A stretch of 11,418 bases of DNA from an uncultured Bacteriovoracaceae bacterium (GTDB taxonomy: Bacteria; Bdellovibrionota; Bacteriovoracia; Bacteriovoracales; Bacteriovoracaceae): NCBI GenBank assembly GCA_964012805.1, contig CAXGUD010000077.1, positions 1 through 11,418 on the forward strand, written 5' to 3'. The position numbers were made by a program, and so were the translations under genes. The notes beneath the pieces were generated by a model, which saw nothing but the letters and a program-made list of their open reading frames with translations, searched no databases and had not been told where the DNA came from. Positions 1 to 6,186 of the stretch are shown piece after piece (the first letter of the stretch is position 1; each line of letters opens with the position of its first letter).

Positions 1-877
1 TTTCATTTATAGGGTGAATATCAAAAGAAAGTCTATAATCAAAAAGTGTTGATGAATAGGACCAAGCAAGGCCTGTATTTATTAGCATTTCTTGATTAGG
101 GAGGTCCCTTGTCCCCTCATACCTCGTAAATTGAGTATCAAAGACATCCATTATAGATGCACCTAAACTTAGCTCTGATTTACCGTAACTCTTTTTTGCC
201 ATCCAACCAATATCAAAACCATAAGCGGTTTTTGAGGAGGCATCTCCTAAAGACTGTCTAATGGAATCTAGGTCCTTGGAACCTGTTAAAAGTTTTGTAG
301 CAAGGGTTGGACCCAATAAATAAAAGTCCCCTGTAAACCCTCGGCGGTTCATAGCTTTGATACTTAACCCAAAAGCATTTTGCATACCCAAGAGTTTGAA
401 GTCAAAAGCTCCTCCCAAGATCATCCCTCTATCATAGACAAGATCAATCCCCCATACGGGATGAGTAGCATTTTTTAAGTTGAAATTAGTCGTATGGTTT
501 ACAAAAAAGCTGATGGCCCAATTTCTCATTTTTGCCGTTGGTGTTAGACCAAGGTGTGTATTTATTGGGAGACCCATATAATTTGTTGCGAGGGCCGACA
601 CATCAGTGCCCACTGCAGTTGTTAGTTTTTTTGCGTAAACAGGTTTTAATAAGTTTGGAGCCGAACTATCAACATTTGCTAGAGTTATCCCTATTCCTTT
701 ATTGAAACCAAGAGCTGCTGGGTTATAAAAAAGAACGTACTCATCATCCGCTACGGCTGTATAAGCATCTCCCAGGAGAAGTGCTTTCGGACTTCTTACA
801 AGATAACGAACTTCGTCCCCAAAACTAAAACGAATGGAGAAAAGAGTTAAAAAAATTAAGGCTAATACTTTCATCAT
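1..877 (-). CDS. Outer-membrane beta-barrel protein, PorV/FadL/TraF_2-like (3' end outside window)
   Basis: Not in the ORF track; translated by hand. ATG at 877 (second ATG at 874), open to base 1, about 292 aa visible: MMKVLALIFLTLFSIRFSFG-DEVRYLVRSPKALLLGDAYTAVADDEYVLFYNPAALG...AFGLSIKAMNR...AYGFDIGWMAK...LSLGASIMDVFDT...INTGLAWSY...YRLSFDIHPINE. Sec signal peptide, the (R)AxxxGxAxxAxADDxxxxxxNPAxL N-terminal motif typical of FadL/PorV/TraF-like barrels, and amphipathic beta-strands. Start overlaps the upstream stop (ATGA). Confidence 0.85.
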   Translation of the reverse strand, partial: MMKVLALIFLTLFSIRFSFGDEVRYLVRSPKALLLGDAYTAVADDEYVLFYNPAALGFNKGIGITLANVDSSAPNLLKPVYAKKLTTAVGTDVSALATNYMGLPINTHLGLTPTAKMRNWAISFFVNHTTNFNLKNATHPVWGIDLVYDRGMILGGAFDFKLLGMQNAFGLSIKAMNRRGFTGDFYLLGPTLATKLLTGSKDLDSIRQSLGDASSKTAYGFDIGWMAKKSYGKSELSLGASIMDVFDTQFTRYEGTRDLPNQEMLINTGLAWSYSSTLFDYRLSFDIHPINE

Positions 878-1956
878 CCAAACATTTTTTCAAAAAAGAT
901 TACAAAATAAATAGAAAGCTTTGTTTTACCTGCCGCATCAGCTCCAAAATCAGCTTCGCACTTGGATTGACTTAGAGTACTCATCACATTAGAAATTCCT
1001 GAAGAATTTCCCATACTCTCCACGATAGCAAACGCATCAGTAATTTCTTTAAAAGCGTCTTTTAAAGAATCAACTTCTTGAAAACCCTCCGAGATTCCTT
1101 TTAAAACCTCTCTCAGATTATTCATAAGAACGACGCCACGACACAGCGCCGATACCTGAGAGGTATTATAGGCTCCTTCTGTTGCATCCAAATCAGTATG
1201 ACCCAAATTTGGAGCTGTACATGATCTGAAACCATTGCTTGAAAGAACTTGTGTGATAGTTTGTGAACCTCCTCCGATATCTAATGTGGCATCAGAGTCG
1301 TAAGAGGCGAAACATTCGTTAGTTCCATTGGTGCAGAGAGGGTCCTCTCTTGGAGTCCCCTTCATTCCAGTACCGTCAGGGTCACCATCATAGCATCCGT
1401 AATAATAGGCATATCTACCAAGCTGATCAAAAATCATATAAAAAATCAAAACATTTATATCAAATGCATCGTCACTAGAAAAAAGGGTAGCCCTACTTGA
1501 GGTTGAAGGGTTATTTGAAGTTGAGAGCCCTCCTGCATAAAGAAGGGTATCTATTGCATTTTGAAGGTTTAAAAAGTCAATATCATCCCCTGTTGTCATG
1601 GTGGATGCCGTTGAAGCTTCTGTCAGCGGACCAAAGAAATTGTCTGCGCTCACATCTGAGGCGAAATTAGTAAAAGTGGGAAAAATTCCTGTGGAAGTAT
1701 AGCCAGCTTTACACCCATAGGCAGAAGCTAAAGTCATAAGATAACGAGCATTATCCTTTTGATTTCCAATTTCATTTAGGGCGTTCAAGGCTCCGGCGCA
1801 ATCACTGGTATTTAGATAAATTTCTGCTTCAGTTATTGCAAAATTAACTTTATTTTCATCAGAAGAGCCACACCCATATAAGAATGTAGTTAAAAATAAA
1901 CAAAGAAAAACAGGCTTTTTAAATAAAACGAAAATTTTTTTCAAAAGGAGACCCAT
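874..1956 (-). CDS. Lipoprotein, Cys-rich, with an N-terminal TPR-like helical hairpin; function unknown
   Basis: 360 aa. Basic N-region, hydrophobic stretch and lipobox LYG-C29 (Cys codon 1870-1872). TPR-like segment EAEIYLNTSDCAGALNAL...YLMTLASAYGCKAG. Eight further Cys. AGGGA RBS upstream. Confidence 0.8.
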   Translation of the reverse strand: MGLLLKKIFVLFKKPVFLCLFLTTFLYGCGSSDENKVNFAITEAEIYLNTSDCAGALNALNEIGNQKDNARYLMTLASAYGCKAGYTSTGIFPTFTNFASDVSADNFFGPLTEASTASTMTTGDDIDFLNLQNAIDTLLYAGGLSTSNNPSTSSRATLFSSDDAFDINVLIFYMIFDQLGRYAYYYGCYDGDPDGTGMKGTPREDPLCTNGTNECFASYDSDATLDIGGGSQTITQVLSSNGFRSCTAPNLGHTDLDATEGAYNTSQVSALCRGVVLMNNLREVLKGISEGFQEVDSLKDAFKEITDAFAIVESMGNSSGISNVMSTLSQSKCEADFGADAAGKTKLSIYFVIFFEKMFG

Positions 1957-2022
1957 TGATTCATCCCTAAAATTAATTGGTCCAACTTAAACTATTCTTG
2001 CCTAGTTTTACGTAGAATTCAA

Positions 2023-3252
2023 TCAATCAGAGATAAGAAATTGGATTAATTTTGAAATAGCTTCTTCAAAGGGTTCTTTTTCTAAAACGAGGCTTATCCT
2101 TCCAGTATTAGGCGCACCAAAATCAACTCCAGGAGAAATAGCCACATTAAATTTTTCCAAGATAAGTTCACAAATTTTTTCGGAGTAATCTCTTTTATCA
2201 TCTTGCTCTTGTTTAAATACATTAATTATGGGCATCTGCGAAAAATCGATAAGAAAATAGAGAGCGGAGTTAGACTGATACCAAGCATGAGAAAGGTTAC
2301 CCTCTCTAAAGTAATGCCTCAAAATCTCGGCATTTGTTCTTAAGTGGGCCTTAATAGGCTTTAAAAAAGAGTCAAAAAGGGAAAAGTCAAAATTTAGAAG
2401 ACTTCTCTGAATCAAGCTGCTTGCGCATGAAGTTGTGACCATCTGAAGTTTCGAAAACCCTTGGAGACCCTCCCTGGGTCCAAAGCAATAACCTAAGCGA
2501 AGTCCTGATACAGCAAGACTTTTTGATATACCATCGACAATAAAAGTCCTCTCAAGCAGCTCTGGATAGTACTGATAAAAATAGGCTGGCTTCGGATCAT
2601 AATAATAAACATTAAAGTAAATTTCATCGCTTAAGAGAAAAACATGATCATGATTTTTCATAAGCTCACCGAAGCCCTTCATCCAAAAAGATGAGTACGT
2701 TGCTCCGACAGGGTTATTAGGGCTATTTATAACAATTGCTTTGGTTTTTTCGCTTATCAGTTCCTCTACATCATCAAGGGAAGGCTCAAAATTATCATAA
2801 ATATTTGACCTCACGAACTTGCAGACACCACCATACAATTTAATCATATCAGGGTAACTGGAAGAGTAGGGTGCAAAAATGATAACTTCATCACCCTCTT
2901 CAATTAGCCCCCCAAAAACATTATGAAGGGATTGTTGACTCCCATTACTAACTAAACAATCATATGCCTGTTTATTACCGCCTAAGTCTAAACCTCTGGA
3001 CCTTAAAAAATAATTCGCAAGCTTTTTCCTGAGCTCCGGTAAGCCTAGAGGTGAAGCATATTGAAAGCTCTTAAGAAAATTGAGTTCACCTCTAATTTGG
3101 TCAACAAAAGCCGGCAGTGGTTTGAAAGGAAATTCACTTGCAGTCAAATCATAAATCTTTTCACCATGTTGAATAGCGTCTGAAATCTTTTGGTTAAGCT
3201 CCAAAGACGCATTTTCTTTGATCGATTTAACTTTTAAGCTTAATTTCACCAT
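2023..3252 (-). CDS. PLP-dependent aminotransferase class I/II (aspartate aminotransferase subgroup Ib-like), divergent
   Basis: Motifs YxxxxGLPELR, INSPNNPVG, SDEIY, GISKS (Schiff-base Lys244), GLRLGY and PGVDFG...GRISL. Start may be the GTG at 3249, given the GGGGTG RBS spacing. Confidence 0.9.
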   Translation of the reverse strand: MVKLSLKVKSIKENASLELNQKISDAIQHGEKIYDLTASEFPFKPLPAFVDQIRGELNFLKSFQYASPLGLPELRKKLANYFLRSRGLDLGGNKQAYDCLVSNGSQQSLHNVFGGLIEEGDEVIIFAPYSSSYPDMIKLYGGVCKFVRSNIYDNFEPSLDDVEELISEKTKAIVINSPNNPVGATYSSFWMKGFGELMKNHDHVFLLSDEIYFNVYYYDPKPAYFYQYYPELLERTFIVDGISKSLAVSGLRLGYCFGPREGLQGFSKLQMVTTSCASSLIQRSLLNFDFSLFDSFLKPIKAHLRTNAEILRHYFREGNLSHAWYQSNSALYFLIDFSQMPIINVFKQEQDDKRDYSEKICELILEKFNVAISPGVDFGAPNTGRISLVLEKEPFEEAISKLIQFLISD

Positions 3253-3271
3253 TCACCCCAGGTTTTACCAT

Positions 3272-3766
3272 TTATTTTTTTTTACCATTTAGAAAGGAGA
3301 GGACCTCTTTTGGTACAAATTTTGAAATATCCCCGCCATGCCCAAAGACCTCTCTAACTAAACTGGAGCTAATAAAAAAATGCTCCTCACCAGTCATAAA
3401 AAAAACTGATTCAACTTTAGAGGCAAGGGTATTATTCATTGAGGCCATCTGAAACTCTCCCTCAAAATCGCCTGTTGGCCTTAACCCTCTCACCATATGG
3501 GTCACTTCATGCTTTGTCGCAAAATCAACTGTTAGGCCATCCCAACTATGGACAAAAATATTATCATAACCTTTAAAGATTGCCTTAAGAACAGCAACCC
3601 GGTCATCATCTGAAAAAAGGGGGTTTTTAGTGGGAGAAATGGCCACAACAATATGAAGCTCATCAAAAACTTTCAATGACCTTTTGACAATATCTAGATG
3701 ACCGTTTGTAAAAGGGTCGAAAGATCCAGCGTATAAGGCCTTTTTGATTGAAGCTTTGTTTTTCAT
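3272..3766 (-). CDS. coaD: Phosphopantetheine adenylyltransferase
   Basis: ALYAGSFDPFTNGHLDIV (TxGH), KNPLFS, VRGLR, DFExEFQMA and ISSSLVREV motifs. ATG at 3766 follows an AAGGA RBS and gives 164 aa, a typical CoaD length, so it is preferred over the 3808 start in the track. Confidence 0.97.
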   Translation of the reverse strand: MKNKASIKKALYAGSFDPFTNGHLDIVKRSLKVFDELHIVVAISPTKNPLFSDDDRVAVLKAIFKGYDNIFVHSWDGLTVDFATKHEVTHMVRGLRPTGDFEGEFQMASMNNTLASKVESVFFMTGEEHFFISSSLVREVFGHGGDISKFVPKEVLSFLNGKKK

Positions 3767-3826
3767 AACAATTTTCCTTAAATTAAATTTGCGCTTATTG
3801 TTTAACATTTTTCTCAGATAGAGAAA

Positions 3827-4429
3827 TCATTTTTTATACTTGGCCAAAAGAAGATAACTTTCCCCTTGATTGAACTCCTTTTCCAACAAAAGGGGGCTGG
3901 TTTCCCAAAAACTTCTTTTCACACCCTTTTTATTATCGGCTTCAATCCATAGATCACCGTTGTACCAAAAATCATTCAACATTTTTTTATTGATAACTTC
4001 TTCATACAAATTTGTCTTGTTATAGGGTGGGTCAAAAAAGAAGATAAAAGAAAAGTCCCCTTTTTTTTCCTCATATAACTTTTGGAAAGGCTTCACCCAC
4101 TTTCCAACATCGCATAAATGAGTTTTTAAAAGCCTGTCTGTTGCTTCTTCGGGGTATTTATCTTGGAGCCGCTTAACATTTTCCTCTAAATTTCTATAAA
4201 CTTTTGGGCTCTTTTCTAAAAGGTGAACCTCACTTGCTCCTCTCGACCAAGCCTCTATTCCCATTGCTCCGCTGCCTGCACATCCATCAATGAAAATCGT
4301 TCCTTCTAAATTTTGAACTGAGTCGAAAACTCTCCTTTTTAACATCACCGATGTAGGACGTACTTGATCACCTTGGGGTACCTTCAAAATAAAACCTTTG
4401 GCCCAACCACCCAAAACCTTTACTGACAT
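3827..4429 (-). CDS. rsmD: 16S rRNA m2G966 methyltransferase RsmD family
   Basis: VKVLGGWAKG, VRPT, SAM motif DGCAGSGAMGIEAWSRGA, FFDPPY. Classic rsmD-coaD adjacency. AAAGGT RBS. Confidence 0.92.
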   Translation of the reverse strand: MSVKVLGGWAKGFILKVPQGDQVRPTSVMLKRRVFDSVQNLEGTIFIDGCAGSGAMGIEAWSRGASEVHLLEKSPKVYRNLEENVKRLQDKYPEEATDRLLKTHLCDVGKWVKPFQKLYEEKKGDFSFIFFFDPPYNKTNLYEEVINKKMLNDFWYNGDLWIEADNKKGVKRSFWETSPLLLEKEFNQGESYLLLAKYKK

Positions 4430-4472
4430 TGTTTACCTTTTGCTTTGAAAAAAACATGTGGAGAATTTGAGG

Positions 4473-5939
4473 CTAGCCTACTTTCTTTTTTTGATTTGAA
4501 CCAGGATTATCTACAGGAATTGTAAGCCTTGCGCCACCAGGCATTTCAAGAATAAAACCAAGACCTTCTTTTATGATCACTTTATAATCGTCCATCGAAC
4601 AGATAAGACCTTCCTGACCACTCACATTCAGATGTGCTATTTTTGAACCTACATTAAAATCCATATTAAAATTCATCGTTCCTGCTGCGGAAAAGCTCAT
4701 CTCAGATGAACCGAGGTCTCTTGCAAGAGAACTAGGAGCAGGCCTAGAAGATGGTGCCGGTTGAGATACCTTTGGAGCGCCTCCGCTACCAGAGTCCATA
4801 CTAAGTGGTTCTATGGGTGCTGGTCCCTTAAGGGCCAATGAGCTTGAATCTCCGCCACTATCCATTGCTAAAGGTGAAACAGGATCTGGCTGACTTAAAG
4901 CTAATCCATCCGAGGATGGTGCATCCATCGCTAGCGGCTGCACAGGCTTAGGCTTTTGTACTTCCAGAGACTCATTAACCTTTGCAGCATTTATATCATC
5001 TTCAATTGAACGCTGAAGGTCCGTCATTTTTTTCTTATTGGAATCAATCTCTAAGGTTTCACCTTCCCAGTCTGCATTTTCTCTATACTTCCTTTCAAGG
5101 TCCTCAATCTCATCCATTATGGTTTCAAGCTCCTGATCGTCATAATCAGCAGCGTTTACAGCATCGCTTCCTTCCCATAAAGGTTTTCTATCAAAGTTAT
5201 TAGAACTAGCTTCAGCCTCATTCCCTGGAGCCGCAGCATCAGGAGAAGCTGCCGATTGTGTCAATGGCTCTGGAATCGGCTCTGGCTCTGGTTCTGGAAT
5301 CGGCTCTGGCTCTGGAATCGGCTCTGGCTCTGGTTCTGGAATCGGCTCTAGCTCTGCAGTTTGTATTGGTGCTGAACTAAAACCCAACTCTTCCTCGATT
5401 TCTAACTGAAGGGAGGATTTTGCCCACGGGCCTTCAGGATCTGCAGGAGCACTAGAAGTTGCTGCAGGCTGTTCTTCTTCGGCATGCTCTTCATGAAACT
5501 CATGAACATCATCTTCAATGCTTAATTCCTCATGAGCAGCAGCATCAAAAGCATCCTCTTCCAAGGACTCAGCTGTTATATCGTCTACAGAAGGCTTCTC
5601 CAGGCCATCAAAACTGGCTTCTTGACTCGCCTCTGGTTCAACCTCTTTTTCTTCTTCATCACTATCGGCTTCTTCCTCTAAAGCATCGGCCAACATTCCT
5701 TCACCACTACCGCCAAGGGAGTCGTTAAACTCATCTAGGAGTTCCTTATCTCCCTCAGGCTCTTCACCTGCAACTTTAGAAACGAAGTCATCAGCACCGA
5801 GAGCATCACTAAGCTCTTGCTCGGCAGCATTCGATTCAAGGTCTCCAGCAACTGGAACAGGAGTTCCACCCTGCATTACAACTAATTCAGCTTCAATGCT
5901 TAGTTGCAAACTGGATTTTTTGTCCATCGATATTGGCAT
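4473..5939 (-). CDS. Hypothetical acidic, Pro/Glu/Asp-rich, largely disordered protein with a small C-terminal beta-rich domain
   Basis: About 488 aa ORF, very D/E/P/S/A-rich, with a (PE/PI) tract and a compact last ~75 aa (MSFSAAGTMNFNMDFNVG...GARLTIPV). No signal peptide or TM helix. Start taken as ATG 5939 after AAGGTG; GTG 5945 or ATG 5927 are possible. Confidence 0.8.
   Translation of the reverse strand: MPISMDKKSSLQLSIEAELVVMQGGTPVPVAGDLESNAAEQELSDALGADDFVSKVAGEEPEGDKELLDEFNDSLGGSGEGMLADALEEEADSDEEEKEVEPEASQEASFDGLEKPSVDDITAESLEEDAFDAAAHEELSIEDDVHEFHEEHAEEEQPAATSSAPADPEGPWAKSSLQLEIEEELGFSSAPIQTAELEPIPEPEPEPIPEPEPIPEPEPEPIPEPLTQSAASPDAAAPGNEAEASSNNFDRKPLWEGSDAVNAADYDDQELETIMDEIEDLERKYRENADWEGETLEIDSNKKKMTDLQRSIEDDINAAKVNESLEVQKPKPVQPLAMDAPSSDGLALSQPDPVSPLAMDSGGDSSSLALKGPAPIEPLSMDSGSGGAPKVSQPAPSSRPAPSSLARDLGSSEMSFSAAGTMNFNMDFNVGSKIAHLNVSGQEGLICSMDDYKVIIKEGLGFILEMPGGARLTIPVDNPGSNQKKKVG
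4794..4947 (-). repeat. Three degenerate ~21-22 aa protein repeats, P[VI]xPL[AS]MD followed by an S/G-rich spacer
   Basis: PVQPLAMDAPSSDGLAL / PVSPLAMDSGGDSSSLAL / PIEPLSMDSGSGG in the acidic protein. Confidence 0.75.
5266..5349. repeat. In-frame tandem repeat: 14 hexamers (ggctct/ggaatc/ggttct) forming a perfect 2 x 42-bp duplication, encoding EPIPEPEPEPIPEP twice
   Basis: 5266-5307 is identical to 5308-5349 (ggctctggaatcggctctggctctggttctggaatcggctct). Confidence 0.95.
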
Positions 5940-5982
5940 AATCACCTTAACTCAGTTAATCCAATAATAACTTCTAGTTTGC

Positions 5983-6009
5983 GTATCGTTGGATAAATGA
6001 AAATCTTTA
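5983..6009 (-). promoter_or_regulatory. Candidate sigma-28 (FliA) promoter for the acidic-protein gene
   Basis: Minus strand reads TAAA-GATTTTCATTTATCC(15 nt)-AACGATAC, against the consensus TAAA-N15-GCCGATAA. Spacing is exact, the CGATA core is intact, and the site is about 45 nt upstream of the start codon. Confidence 0.55.
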
Positions 6010-6186
6010 ATCTTTATTTCCTAAGAAAATAGAATACTATTGAAGTCAGGAATTACATAAAGCAAAACATTTTTCAAAAGAATTTTTATGACTTTTAGAC
6101 TGTTTTCATTGTATAAATTTCTACCACTCGATTGGCAAAGTGAAACTACAAAAATAATCAACTAGTGATCTCGTTGGGGAAATGCT

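Noticed and set aside
1..877. Barrel as evidence of a conjugative element (TraF label)
   Set aside because: No tra/T4SS, relaxase or integrase genes in view, and the gene is embedded in a housekeeping run.
3767..3808. 14-aa N-terminal extension of CoaD in the ORF track
   Set aside because: The RBS (AAGGA) and family length support the start at 3766.
3827..4429. RsmD motif deviations (RPTSVMLKRRVFD, DGCAGSG)
   Set aside because: The SAM loop and DPPY are intact and the coaD synteny is canonical, so this is ordinary divergence.
5266..5349. Repeat as a possible CRISPR array
   Set aside because: Contiguous in-frame hexamers with no unique spacers and no cas genes.
4982..5728. Plus-strand ORFs 4982-5203 and 5459-5728
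   Set aside because: Antisense shadows of the acidic-protein gene. The L/H/Q-rich composition follows from reverse-complemented Glu/Asp/Ala codons, and both have TTG starts without a clear RBS.
6088..6150. Possible sigma-70 site (ATGACT-N18-TATAAA) or sigma-54 site (TTGGCA at 6132) for the 944-aa gene
   Set aside because: The sigma-70 match is unremarkable in AT-rich DNA, and the sigma-54 candidate lacks the -12 TGC element.
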